NCBI GenBank assembly: GCA_965248695.1
Contig: CBDFKD010000002.1
Coordinates: 1,664,001-1,728,000 of the forward strand
Length of the DNA stretch: 64,000 bases
Source: Acidobacteriota bacterium
Lineage (GTDB): Bacteria > Acidobacteriota > UBA890 > WLXD01
Direction of reading: 5' to 3'
Shown in pieces: positions 9,573 to 19,846 of this stretch. How positions within the stretch are numbered: position 1 is the stretch's first letter; the number at the start of each line of letters is the position of its first letter. The position numbers and the translations under genes are program-made. Under the pieces are notes generated by a model. That model was not told where the DNA came from and made no database searches. It worked only from the letters and a program-made list of their open reading frames with translations.

Positions 9573-10661
9573 TCAGCGGTTCTTCTTGTAGTGCTTGCGA
9601 TAGTCGGTGTGGATCTTCTTCCAGCGCTTCTTCTCTGCCAGCGCTGCCCCGAGGTCGCGCCGACGCTCCTCATACGCCAGCTCCTTCTGCAACTTCTCGT
9701 AGCTTGCCCAGCGCTCCGGTGTGATCGAGCCTGACTGGACCGCCTCGCGCACCGCACACCCCGGCTCATCGGCGTGAGTGCAGTCGCGAAACCGGCAGCC
9801 GTCGATCACCGCCGCGACGTCGTCGAAGGTCTCTTCCAGACCGTCGTCGGCGTCGACGAGGCCGAGCTCGCGCATGCCCGGCGTATCGAGCGCCAGCGCG
9901 CCGCCCGGCAATCGGAAGATCTCTCGGTGAGTCGTCGTGTGTCGGCCCTTGTCGTCGGTCTCGCGTATTTCCTGGGTGCGCAGCAGCTCGCTGCCGGCAA
10001 ATATGTTCACCAAGGTCGACTTGCCAACCCCCGACGATCCCAGCAGTACCACCGTCTTCCCAGGGCTCAAGTACGCCTGTAGCTCCTGGATACCCTCCCC
10101 GGTGACCGCGCTGACAGCCAGTATCGGCGCGCCGGCCGCCGCCGGGCGAACTTCGGTCAGCCGCGCCTCGAGATCATCGCACTGGTCGAGCTTGGTCAAT
10201 ACGACGACCGGCTGGGCGCCGCTTTCCCAGGCCGCCACCAGGTAGCGCTCGATGCGGCGCGGACTGAGCTCCTGATTGAGCGAGGTCACCAGGAAGACAA
10301 CATCGACATTCGCAGCCACTACCTGTTCCTGACTTTCGGTACCCGACTTGCGCCGCACGAACTGGGTGCTGCGGGGCAGGATCTCCGTGATGGTCGCCGG
10401 CCCGTCGGCCTCAGCCTCGATCAGCACCCAATCGCCTACCGCCGGCAACTCGCGCCGTCCCGACGCGCGGTAGAGCATGCGGCCCGGGGCTACACCGGTG
10501 GCCTCACCCCACGGTGTGATGAGCCGATACTCGCCGCGATGCTGGGCGATCACGCGCGCCGGCGCCAAGCTGGAGCCGGCCTCGAGGGCAGCCCCAACGT
10601 CGTCGCTCCAGCCCCAGTCCAGGAGCCGGCCGCCGGAGAGCGCCTCGGCGCCGTCGCTCAT
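9573..10661 (-). CDS. rsgA: Ribosome small subunit-dependent GTPase A
   Basis: AVGDWV, TKLD, GSSGVGKST, GRHTTT, DTPG, CRFRDCTHADEPGC. Confidence 0.95.
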   Translation of the reverse strand: MSDGAEALSGGRLLDWGWSDDVGAALEAGSSLAPARVIAQHRGEYRLITPWGEATGVAPGRMLYRASGRRELPAVGDWVLIEAEADGPATITEILPRSTQFVRRKSGTESQEQVVAANVDVVFLVTSLNQELSPRRIERYLVAAWESGAQPVVVLTKLDQCDDLEARLTEVRPAAAGAPILAVSAVTGEGIQELQAYLSPGKTVVLLGSSGVGKSTLVNIFAGSELLRTQEIRETDDKGRHTTTHREIFRLPGGALALDTPGMRELGLVDADDGLEETFDDVAAVIDGCRFRDCTHADEPGCAVREAVQSGSITPERWASYEKLQKELAYEERRRDLGAALAEKKRWKKIHTDYRKHYKKNR

Positions 10662-13384
10662 CTGGGAGGCATGGTGGACGCTTCCTCTACGTCGACCTCG
10701 ATACCACCAGCCAGCAAGGCGTTGAACAGCGCCCGGAACGTCCCGAAAGACTGACCACGCCACTGAGGCCGGAATCCGAGCAACACCACCTGCCCCTCAC
10801 CATGCTTCACCCGCAGCGCGGCGGCGTTGCCGTGCAGGTGCTCCTCGCCCAGCAGGTACCCGGATAGTAACGGTGAGGCCGCCTCGGAGAAGTGCATCAA
10901 CACCTCGCCGTCGAACCCCTCCAACGACCGAAACACCGGACTGCGCGAGACGGTCAGACTGGCGCGTCGCGGCATGCCGGCCATCAGCGGGTGGGTAGTA
11001 TCGACGACGACCTCCAGCTGCGAGATGCCAGCGAAGAACTCGTCTCGACCGAGATCCGCCAAGGCATTCTCGACCGGCAACCCGAGCGCGTCGATGGCGA
11101 ACAGACTGCTGTTGTTCATCGCCACCAGCGTGCCGCCGTCGTCCACGAAGCGCGCCAGTGCGCGTGCACCCTCCTCGCCGACGCCACCAGCGTAGCGCGG
11201 CGGTACAGTGCCGGCCGAGTGACCCTCTCTGATCTCGCGCTGCCGCGCATCGGGCAGCACCACTACGTCGTAGCGATCTCGCAGCCCACCAGCGCGCACA
11301 TCGGCGTCGCGCAGGGAACCGAACTCGAAGTCGTAGCCTTCCAGCAGCCAGCGCGTCCAACCCTCGTCCATGTTGGCGGTCCAGGGTCTGTAAAGACCGA
11401 TCCGCGGCCGTTGCAGTTGTACGCCGGCGACGGAGCGCCGTTCGGCGCGCAACGCCAATGACCGCACCATCTCTGCGGCCGCATCGGCCGACAATCCCGA
11501 GAGCACGTAGCGTGCCTCGTGTCCGGCCAGCAGCCGGACGCTACCGCCAGCCCGCCAGGTGCGATTCACGGCTCGGAAGGAGTTGTTCTCGGCCGGGCGC
11601 ACCGCCAGGGCAACGCCCTGACCGCCAACCGGGGCGGACGGCGGCACCAGCGCAGCAGCCACGGGGTCGGTGTCGAATCCCACGCCGGTGACCGAGTCGA
11701 ACGGTGCACGATCGTAGCTGGCGATCACCTCCGGGTTGGCGTCGCCGTCGCCTTGCCAGCCCGCACGATCGCCAGAAACCCGCTCGAGCGATGCGCGGAA
11801 GCCATCGTCGAGCGGCGTGGCGCCCGCGATCACCCGAACTCCCATCTGATACGGCAGCGTCCACCCGGCGGCATCGTAGGGCTGTTCGGGCGGGCCCTCC
11901 GGATATTCGCGCAGATCAGGGTACGCCTGCGCCTCCAGAACCTGGCGGGCTAGCTCGGCGTCCTCCTGTGCCATTGGCACGACCCAGGTACCAGCATCGA
12001 AGTTGCTGCCTTCGTACTCCAAGCCGTGCGCCAGCCGGTACACGCGCAACCCGTTGAACGCCAGACGCCGGAGCAGCTCCACCGCCGCCACCGGGTCGCG
12101 CTGATCGACTGGTATCAGATAGGCGTAGGGCGGATCCCGGCGGTACCGGAGAATCGTGTCACGCGCCGCCTGGTAGCGGTTGTACAGCAAGTCGGAGCGA
12201 TACTTGGCAGCGTAGTCGAGGGTGGCGATCGAGCCGGTAAGCATGTATTCCACCGCGTCACGCAGGCGCCACCAGCCGCCGCGCCACGGGCTCGGGTAGA
12301 GGGACTCGGATCGCAGCTCGCGACGGCCCTCAGGATAGTCGCGCAGGGTGTAGAACTTCGGCGTCGCGTAGGCGTAGAGCGCCGTCTCCGTCCACCACGA
12401 GGCGATGTTGCGCAACATCGGCATGTAGTCGACATAGCCGGGATACCAGGCGTCAAACCCGGTACCCATATGTACGGCGCCCGTCTGACCGCGCTCCTCC
12501 AGTGCCTGCGCGATCAACATACCGACGGCGTTCACCGTGCGCGACATCAGCGGGTGGACCCGTGTGGCAATCGGCTCGGCGAACGGCGGCAACCAGATGC
12601 GGGTCGGGAACGGCGACGACTGGTGGTGGATGTAGATGATCTGCGGCTCCCAATGACGCCATGTGCGCGCCAGCACACGGGACTCCACCATGTTGAGCAT
12701 GTAGCCGTCGCGGTTGTTGTCGTGGCCGACGTACTTCTGGTACAGCCATGGCATCGGCGACACTTCGTAGGGTGTCCCGACGTTGCCGCGGTACCAGTCG
12801 GCGATGAGATTCTGGCCGTCGGGGTTCACCGAGGGCCACAGCATCAGCACGACCTCGTCGAGGATCGCCTGGATCTCCGGATCGTCCGTGTTGCTCACCA
12901 GGTCATAGGCCAGCTGGATGGTGTGCTGGGCGTGTGCCACCTCGCTGGCGTGCAAGCCGCCGTCGATGTGCACGATCGCCTTGCCGCGAGCGGCCAGGGC
13001 GCGGGCCTCCTCATCGCTGAGCATCGGCGCGGCACCGTCGACGCCCAGCGGATGCGCCAGGCGCCGGGCGATATCCCGGTACTCGTCGACGCGCGCCAGA
13101 TTCTGGGGACTGGACACCAGGGCCATGTACCAGCGGCGGCCTTCCGAGCTGCGCCCCACCTCACGCAGCTCGATGCGATCGCTGGCGGCAGCCAGGGCGC
13201 GGAAGTAGGCCATCGAGTCGTCGTAGCTCGCGAGCTTGAAATCGGCCCCAACGCGGAACCCGAGAACCGATTCCGGCGTCGGCAGCGACGCCTGGAGCGC
13301 GGGCTCCGTAGGAGCTCCGGCGGCGGCGAACGACGAGCCGAGCCCGACGACGATGAGCGCGCAGATCGCGGTGCGTTTCTTCAT
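10658..13384 (-). CDS. Secreted M14 zinc carboxypeptidase-like protein with C-terminal GATase-like domain
   Basis: Signal peptide; GGLHASE, NPDG, HDNNRD, HHQ; MDEGWTRW. Confidence 0.88.
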   Translation of the reverse strand: MKKRTAICALIVVGLGSSFAAAGAPTEPALQASLPTPESVLGFRVGADFKLASYDDSMAYFRALAAASDRIELREVGRSSEGRRWYMALVSSPQNLARVDEYRDIARRLAHPLGVDGAAPMLSDEEARALAARGKAIVHIDGGLHASEVAHAQHTIQLAYDLVSNTDDPEIQAILDEVVLMLWPSVNPDGQNLIADWYRGNVGTPYEVSPMPWLYQKYVGHDNNRDGYMLNMVESRVLARTWRHWEPQIIYIHHQSSPFPTRIWLPPFAEPIATRVHPLMSRTVNAVGMLIAQALEERGQTGAVHMGTGFDAWYPGYVDYMPMLRNIASWWTETALYAYATPKFYTLRDYPEGRRELRSESLYPSPWRGGWWRLRDAVEYMLTGSIATLDYAAKYRSDLLYNRYQAARDTILRYRRDPPYAYLIPVDQRDPVAAVELLRRLAFNGLRVYRLAHGLEYEGSNFDAGTWVVPMAQEDAELARQVLEAQAYPDLREYPEGPPEQPYDAAGWTLPYQMGVRVIAGATPLDDGFRASLERVSGDRAGWQGDGDANPEVIASYDRAPFDSVTGVGFDTDPVAAALVPPSAPVGGQGVALAVRPAENNSFRAVNRTWRAGGSVRLLAGHEARYVLSGLSADAAAEMVRSLALRAERRSVAGVQLQRPRIGLYRPWTANMDEGWTRWLLEGYDFEFGSLRDADVRAGGLRDRYDVVVLPDARQREIREGHSAGTVPPRYAGGVGEEGARALARFVDDGGTLVAMNNSSLFAIDALGLPVENALADLGRDEFFAGISQLEVVVDTTHPLMAGMPRRASLTVSRSPVFRSLEGFDGEVLMHFSEAASPLLSGYLLGEEHLHGNAAALRVKHGEGQVVLLGFRPQWRGQSFGTFRALFNALLAGGIEVDVEEASTMPPR

Positions 13385-13511
13385 GGTCGCAATCTATCAC
13401 CGACAGAGCATCGGCTAGCCATCGTGTCGGGTGCGTAGAAGAATGGCGCTCGTCGCGCCGTGGCGCGACCCCCGAGCGTCCGAGCCCGGCGCCTTGCACC
13501 GTGAGACCATC

Positions 13512-16229
13512 ATGAAGAACCACGCTTTCCTGTCGGCCGCGCTGCTCGTCATGCTGGTCGCCACCCCGGCACCGGGTGCCGGTCAGGCACACCAAAGCTC
13601 GCAGCTGCAGTTCTATCCGGACGACGCGGGGTACCTCCCCGAGGTGCCTACCCTCGAACGGGTCGTGGGCCACGAATGGGGCGAGCGGGTGACCTCCCCG
13701 GAAGAGATCGAGCGTTATATCCACGCCCTCGCAGAAGCGTCGCCGCGCGTCTCCGTACACGAGTATGCGCGCACTTGGGAGGGACGCCGCCTCTACTACG
13801 TTGTGGTTGCTTCACAGACAAACATCGACAGGATCGAATCGCTTCGCGAGGCCAACCTGTCGCTTGCCGATCCACGCGCCACGTCGTCCACGCAGGCAGA
13901 GCAGATCATCGCCGACAACCCGGTGATCACCTGGCTGGCCTATGGCGTGCACGGCAACGAGATCTCCAGCGGCGATGCCGCCCTGCTGACGATGTACCAC
14001 CTCGCTGCCGCCGCCAACGACGAGCTTGCTGCCGAAGTTCTGGCCAACAGCGTGGTCATTCTCGACCCGATGCAGAACCCCGACGGACGCAATCGATTCG
14101 TCAGCCACTACCGCCAGTCGAAGGGCGTGTGGGCCGACTCCAATACCGCTTCGGTGGAGCTTCGAGAGCCCTGGCCTGGCGGCCGCACGAACCACTACCT
14201 GTTCGACCTGAACCGCGATTGGTTTGCGCAAACACAGCCCGAGAGCCGTGGCAAGGTGGCGGCGTTCATGCGCTGGCGACCGCAAGTCTATGTCGATCTG
14301 CACGAGATGGGCGGCGACTCGACCTATTACTTCCCGCCCCAGGCGCCGCCACAGAACCCGAACCAGACCGAGGACATCGCAAGCTGGATAGAGGAGGTCG
14401 GCCGCAACAACGCACGCTGGTTCGACCGCATGGGGTTCGACTACTTCACCGGTGAGGTCTTCGACGCCTTCTATCCCGGCTACGGCGTTTCATGGCCCAT
14501 GTTCCAGGGAGCGCTGGGAATGACCTACGAGCAGGCGTCGTCGCGCGGGCTGCTGCGTGAGCGCACCGACGAGACCGTGCTCGAGTACCGACATACCGTG
14601 CAGCACCATTTCATCGCCTCGCTTGCAACCGCCGAGACGGCGGCGAACAACCGCGTGGCGATCCTGCGCGACTTCTACGACTTCGGCGTCGAGGCGATCC
14701 AGAGCGGTGGCTTGGAGGACATCCGCGAGGTGATCATCACCCCCGGGAACGATCCGCGCCGCGTCGACAAGCTGGTACGCGGGTTCATGACACAGGGCGT
14801 CGAGGTGGCTCGCGCCACCGAGCCCTTCGGCAACGTGGTGAGTGACTACTACGGTGGCAATCCCGAGCGCCGGGAATTCCCGGCCGGCAGCTACCGGATC
14901 TCCATGGCACAGCCGGCCAAGCACCTCGTCAAGGTACTGCTGGCGCCGGAGACGCCGATGGACGAGGAGTTCTTGCGCCAGCAACGTCGGCGATACGAGC
15001 GCCGCCAGGGTGACCAGATCTACGACATCAGCGGCTGGTCGCTACCGCTGCTGTTCGACCTCGAGGCGTACACCGCCAGCGAGCCCTCGACGCCCGACAT
15101 GGTACTCAGCGGCGACCTGCTCGAGGCCCCGCCGGGTGTCAGCGGTAGCGTCCACGGCGGCCCGGCGCAGGTGGCCTACCTGGTGCCGTGGGGTGCCCAG
15201 GGAGCGGTGGAGGGGTTGGCGGCGCTGCACCACCACGACATTCGCGTCCACAGCGCCGGCGACTCCTTCAGCATCGGTGGCCGTGACTACCCAGCCGGAT
15301 CGCTGATCATCAAGGTGCACGACAACGGCGCTAACCTGCACACGGATCTGGAACGCATCGCCGCCAACCACAACGTCGACTTCTATCCCACCGATACCTC
15401 GTGGGTCGACGATGGCATCAACTTCGGCAGCAGGCGGGTACGGTACCTGCCGAAGCCGCGTATCGCGCTGGCCTGGGATCGTCCAACCAGCGCCAACTCT
15501 GCGGGTTGGGCGCGTTATCTGATCGAGGTGCCGTACCACTACCCGGTGACCATCGTTCGGGTCAGCGAGCTCACCACTGCGGATCTCGACGATTTCAACG
15601 TCCTGATCCTTCCGGACGCCTTCTCGTTCGGCGGCGGCGGAGGCTACGGCGACTCGTTCTCGGAACGCACGGTCGAGCGCATTGGTGAGTGGCTACAGGC
15701 CGGCGGTACGCTGATCACCCTCGGCAGCGCGACTCGCTGGTTAATCGCCGAAGACGTCGGGATGCTAGCGAGCTCGCTCAAGACCAAGATGAACGCCGAG
15801 GACGAGGAGGCCACCATGAGTGCGGACGGACTCAGCACCGGGCTTCCAGAGGGTGTCGTTCCAGAAGAGGAGGACCCCACGCCGCTCCCCGGTACCATCC
15901 TGCGCGCCCAGCTCGATCCCGAGCACTGGTTGGCGTTCGGGTACGGCGATCGAGTCAACCTGATCGCTCAGTCGCGCAACATCTACGAGCCGGTGCAGAT
16001 CGACGACGGCATCAACGTCGCGACCTATCTCTCCGGTGATGCGCTCAAGGTCTCGGGCGTCGCCTGGGACGACGAGCTGGAGCTCATCGCAGGTACTCCG
16101 TTTCTCATGCACCAGCCGCACGGCCGTGGGCATGTGGTGGCGTTCGCCGAGGATCCCAACTTCCGCGCCTACTTCGACGGTCTCAACCTGCTGTTCCTGA
16201 ACGGTGTGTTTCTGGGGCCTGGCTACTGA
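13512..16229 (+). CDS. Secreted M14 zinc carboxypeptidase-like protein
   Basis: Signal peptide MKNHAFLSAALL; GVHGNE, QNPDGR, DLNRD, DLHEM. Confidence 0.9.
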   Translation: MKNHAFLSAALLVMLVATPAPGAGQAHQSSQLQFYPDDAGYLPEVPTLERVVGHEWGERVTSPEEIERYIHALAEASPRVSVHEYARTWEGRRLYYVVVASQTNIDRIESLREANLSLADPRATSSTQAEQIIADNPVITWLAYGVHGNEISSGDAALLTMYHLAAAANDELAAEVLANSVVILDPMQNPDGRNRFVSHYRQSKGVWADSNTASVELREPWPGGRTNHYLFDLNRDWFAQTQPESRGKVAAFMRWRPQVYVDLHEMGGDSTYYFPPQAPPQNPNQTEDIASWIEEVGRNNARWFDRMGFDYFTGEVFDAFYPGYGVSWPMFQGALGMTYEQASSRGLLRERTDETVLEYRHTVQHHFIASLATAETAANNRVAILRDFYDFGVEAIQSGGLEDIREVIITPGNDPRRVDKLVRGFMTQGVEVARATEPFGNVVSDYYGGNPERREFPAGSYRISMAQPAKHLVKVLLAPETPMDEEFLRQQRRRYERRQGDQIYDISGWSLPLLFDLEAYTASEPSTPDMVLSGDLLEAPPGVSGSVHGGPAQVAYLVPWGAQGAVEGLAALHHHDIRVHSAGDSFSIGGRDYPAGSLIIKVHDNGANLHTDLERIAANHNVDFYPTDTSWVDDGINFGSRRVRYLPKPRIALAWDRPTSANSAGWARYLIEVPYHYPVTIVRVSELTTADLDDFNVLILPDAFSFGGGGGYGDSFSERTVERIGEWLQAGGTLITLGSATRWLIAEDVGMLASSLKTKMNAEDEEATMSADGLSTGLPEGVVPEEEDPTPLPGTILRAQLDPEHWLAFGYGDRVNLIAQSRNIYEPVQIDDGINVATYLSGDALKVSGVAWDDELELIAGTPFLMHQPHGRGHVVAFAEDPNFRAYFDGLNLLFLNGVFLGPGY

Positions 16230-16283
16230 GCACCGGCTTCCCGGGCACGTGATTCTGGGGCAACCGGTCTCCGTAGATCGCGC

Positions 16284-16532
16284 CTACTGCGGCGCGGTGT
16301 CGGTGGCGTCGTGCCAGTGGCCGTGTTCCGGCGACCAGACGCGGCCGGACGGTACGTCCTCTGCCTCGGAACCGCTGCGGATAATGCCGACGGTCACCAA
16401 AACGACGAGCACGGCGATGAGGATGGCGAAGCCGCGCCATAGCTTCTGGCTACTCGTTACCTTGCCCTCACAGCAACGCTTGTACTTGTCACCACTGCCG
16501 CACGGGCAGGGCTCATTGCGACCTACGCTCAC
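16284..16532 (-). CDS. Small SEC-C motif membrane protein with C-terminal His motif
   Basis: [18 protein letters not shown], one TM helix, [13 protein letters not shown]; AGGAG SD upstream. Confidence 0.85.
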   Translation of the reverse strand: MSVGRNEPCPCGSGDKYKRCCEGKVTSSQKLWRGFAILIAVLVVLVTVGIIRSGSEAEDVPSGRVWSPEHGHWHDATDTAPQ

Positions 16533-16542
16533 GATGGTCTCC

Positions 16543-16818
16543 TAGTGGCCTGTAACAGATGATCGTTGCCTATCGCAGATGGGATTTGCGGGTGAGATCA
16601 AGGCGCGGCGACGCTGTCGATGCTAGGGACATCATCGAGGAGCCGCAACGCCGAGATCACCCGCAACTGCCCATCTGTCCGGAGGATGGCGGCGAACTGG
16701 GCCCGCCTGCGGCGTTGCTCCTCCTTGAAAATGGGCGAACATTGTCTCGTCGGATCGCCTGGCATCCGGGCCCATTTCGTCACCACGATAGGCAACGATC
16801 ATCTGTTACAGGCCACTA
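16543..16818. mobile_element. MITE-like non-autonomous element with perfect 33-bp terminal inverted repeats (including flanking TA)
   Basis: tagtggcctgtaacagatgatcgttgcctatcg (16543-16575) is the exact reverse complement of 16786-16818; no credible ORF; two internal hairpin modules. Confidence 0.8.
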
Positions 16819-16895
16819 ACTGGGGCGGTGTCACGGCACACTCAATATGCGCCCGACGACCGGCGTAGTTCAACCCCGGTACAATCGCTCGACCG

Positions 16896-18704
16896 ATGAC
16901 CGACCTCTCGCACGTACGCAACTTCTGCATCATTGCTCACATCGATCATGGCAAATCGACGCTTGCCGATCGATTGCTGCAGGCGTGCGGGGCGGTATCG
17001 GAGCGCGAGTTCCACGATCAGATGCTCGACACGATGGATCTCGAACAGGAGCGTGGAATCACCATCAAGAGCAACACGATCACGCTGTCGTACACGGCGG
17101 ACGACGGTCAGACGTACGAGCTGAACCTGATCGACACGCCGGGGCACGTGGATTTCTCGCACGAGGTGCGGCGGTCGTTGATGTCGTGTGAGGGGGCGCT
17201 GCTGCTGATCGACGCCGCGCAGGGCGTGGAAGCGCAAACGGTCGCCAACTTGTACCTGGCACTGGAGCACGATCTGGAGATCGTGCCGGTGATCAACAAG
17301 ATTGACCTGCCGGCGGCCGATCCGGAGCGCGTGCGCGAGCAGATCGACGCCGACCTGGGACTCGACCCGTTCGAGGTGGTGCTCGCCTCGGCCAAGGAAG
17401 GAACCGGCATCCACGACGTGCTCGAAGCCGTCGTCACCAAGCTGCCGGCGCCGCAAGGCGACGCGGAGGCGCCGCTGAAGGCGTTGATCTTCGACGCCAC
17501 GTATGACGCCTATCGCGGCGTAATCATGCTGGCCCGCATCGTCGACGGCACGCTCCACGCCGGGGACCCTGTAAAGCTGATGCACAGCGAGACGGAGTAC
17601 GAGATCGAGGAGGTCGGACAACTGAAGCTCGGCCGTGAGAAGAGCGCGCAGCTGACGGCCGGCGGGGTCGGCTACATCATCGCCGGGGTCAAGTCGGTGA
17701 GCGACATCGAGGTCGGCGACACGCTGACCCGCGCGGACGCGCCGGCCGCCGAACCGCTGCCGGGCTACGTTGCAGCCAAACCTGTTGTGTTCTCGTCGCT
17801 GTATCCGATGCAGGCCGACGAGTACGAGGACCTCAGCAAGGCGCTCGACAAGTTGAAGCTCAACGACGCTTCGCTGACCTACCAGAAGGACTCTTCCAGC
17901 GCGCTGGGGTTCGGGTACCGGTGTGGTTTTCTCGGCATGCTGCACCTGGAGATCGTGCAAGAACGGCTGACGCGCGAGTATGGGCTGTCGCTCTTGCTGA
18001 CAGCGCCGTCGGTGGAGTTCCACGTGCGCACCGCCGCCGGCGAGGACCTGGTGGTGGAGAACCCGGCCGAGTACCCCGACCCAGGGTCGATCGAGAGCGT
18101 CCAGGAGCCCTTCATCAAGGCATCGATCCTGATGCCCGACCGCTACCTCGGCGCGGTCATGGAGCTACTGCGCGACAAGCGCGGCGAGAACATCAAGTTC
18201 GACTACCTGGCGGTGGGTCGCGTCGACGTCACTGCCGACCTGCCGCTGGCCGAGGTTCTGTTCGACTTCTACGATCGTCTCAAGTCCATAACCCAGGGCT
18301 ACGGCTCGTTCGACTACGAGGTAACGGACTATCGGCCCACAGATCTGGTGAAGGTGGACATCCTGGTGAACGCTGAACGCGTCGACGCCCTCGCCATGCT
18401 CGTGCACCGCGAAAAGGCGCGCGGCCGCGCCCTGCACGCCTGCGACCAGCTGTCGAAGACGATCCCGCGACACAATTTCAAGATCCCCATCCAGGGCACC
18501 ATAGGTCGCGACATCATCGCCAGAAAGAACATCAACGCTTTCCGCAAGGACGTCACCGCCAAGTGCTACGGCGGCGACATCACGCGCAAGCGCAAGCTAC
18601 TCGAACGCCAGAAAGCCGGCAAGAAGCGCGCCCGCATGTTCGGCCAGGTAGAGATCCCGCAGGAGGCGTTCCTGTCGGTTCTACGCACCGACGCGGACAC
18701 CTGA
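16896..18704 (+). CDS. lepA: Elongation factor 4
   Basis: RNFCIIAHIDHGKSTLADRL, DTPGHVDF, NKID, KCYGGDITRKRKLL. Confidence 0.97.
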   Translation: MTDLSHVRNFCIIAHIDHGKSTLADRLLQACGAVSEREFHDQMLDTMDLEQERGITIKSNTITLSYTADDGQTYELNLIDTPGHVDFSHEVRRSLMSCEGALLLIDAAQGVEAQTVANLYLALEHDLEIVPVINKIDLPAADPERVREQIDADLGLDPFEVVLASAKEGTGIHDVLEAVVTKLPAPQGDAEAPLKALIFDATYDAYRGVIMLARIVDGTLHAGDPVKLMHSETEYEIEEVGQLKLGREKSAQLTAGGVGYIIAGVKSVSDIEVGDTLTRADAPAAEPLPGYVAAKPVVFSSLYPMQADEYEDLSKALDKLKLNDASLTYQKDSSSALGFGYRCGFLGMLHLEIVQERLTREYGLSLLLTAPSVEFHVRTAAGEDLVVENPAEYPDPGSIESVQEPFIKASILMPDRYLGAVMELLRDKRGENIKFDYLAVGRVDVTADLPLAEVLFDFYDRLKSITQGYGSFDYEVTDYRPTDLVKVDILVNAERVDALAMLVHREKARGRALHACDQLSKTIPRHNFKIPIQGTIGRDIIARKNINAFRKDVTAKCYGGDITRKRKLLERQKAGKKRARMFGQVEIPQEAFLSVLRTDADT

Positions 18705-19687
18705 TGCAACGTCTCCACCTTTGGATCGCCGTGGCCATCCTGGCCAGCGGCAGCGCGGTGGTTCGCAAGCTCGCCGCGATCGGAGCCGCCAACCTCATCG
18801 ACGGGCGCAATCCGATCTCGTTCTGCAACGTGTTGTTCGCCGGCAATCTGGTGGCGCTCGCGTTGATTCTGCTGGTGCATCGGACGGAGTGGTCGCGCGA
18901 CAACCTAGCCAAGGTCAGCAGCAACGAATGGTTGAGCATGGTGGCGGTGGCGTTGCTGTCCGTGGCCCTGGCGCCGGCGCTCATCTTCACCGCGCTGGAG
19001 CGCACCAGCGTAACCAGCGTCGTGCTCCTCGGACGCATCGAGCCGCCGCTCGTGCTGGCTCTGGGGGCCCTCGTCCTCGGCGACCTGCTCAGCCGCTGGG
19101 GCGTGATCGGCGCGCTAACGGTTCTGGCCGGGGTCGCCGCGTCGTTGCTGCTGCAGCCGATGATGGACGGGCTGATGTTCGGCCGCGGAGAGGCCTTCGC
19201 GCTGCTGGGCGCCGCCTGCCTGGCGGCCGGCACGGTTGTCGCCAAGGCGCGGCTGGGGAAGGTGCCGCTCGGTATCTTCGCCGGGACACGCATGGCCGTG
19301 GGCACGGTGGTGTTCGCCGTCGTCGTGATGACGCTGTTCGGACCGGTGCACTTCATCGATATCTTCGCGCCCAGATTGTGGGCGTGGATGCTGGTCTACG
19401 GCGGCATCGTGGTCACCGGCGGCCAGCTACTCTGGTTCTCGGGGTTGAGACGCAGCTCGACGTTGCAGGTCTCCATGGCCTCGTCAACGAGCCCGGTGAT
19501 CGCCGTGCTGGCGGCCTTCGTGATCCTCGGCGAGGTTCCCATGCAGGCGCAGCTAGCCGGCGGCGCCCTCATGCTCGTCGGCATCGGAATGGGCCTGTGG
19601 GCGGCAACGCACGACGCCGCGTCGGCGCCTGCGTCCACCTGCGGCGCCGCCGATTACGACGGCAATGTCGGCTTCAAGGGTGTCTAG
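18704..19687 (+). CDS. DMT/EamA family transporter
   Basis: About 10 TM segments in two EamA-like repeats; TGATG coupling with lepA. Confidence 0.85.
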   Translation: MQRLHLWIAVAILASGSAVVRKLAAIGAANLIDGRNPISFCNVLFAGNLVALALILLVHRTEWSRDNLAKVSSNEWLSMVAVALLSVALAPALIFTALERTSVTSVVLLGRIEPPLVLALGALVLGDLLSRWGVIGALTVLAGVAASLLLQPMMDGLMFGRGEAFALLGAACLAAGTVVAKARLGKVPLGIFAGTRMAVGTVVFAVVVMTLFGPVHFIDIFAPRLWAWMLVYGGIVVTGGQLLWFSGLRRSSTLQVSMASSTSPVIAVLAAFVILGEVPMQAQLAGGALMLVGIGMGLWAATHDAASAPASTCGAADYDGNVGFKGV

Positions 19688-19834
19688 CAGGCCGTGGTGA
19701 AAGTGTGGCGGGCCTGGCGACAGGGTCCTGCGAGGTGGAGGCAAGGAGAGAGGAGGAGGCGATGGTTACCCCATCGTTGACGACGAACGACGCAGCATAC
19801 ACGCGCAACCCTCTGTCGCCCAAAGGGTTGCGGC
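19684..19834 (+). repeat. 151-bp dispersed repeat, copy 1 (starts at the CTAG containing the upstream stop codon)
   Basis: 6 mismatches versus 45323-45473 by manual comparison. Confidence 0.9.
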
Positions 19835-19846
19835 AGCGTGACGGCG

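Noticed and set aside
10658-16229. Divergent pair of M14 peptidases as a novel system
   Set aside because: Both look like ordinary members of a common secreted family with intact zinc motifs; nothing else links them.
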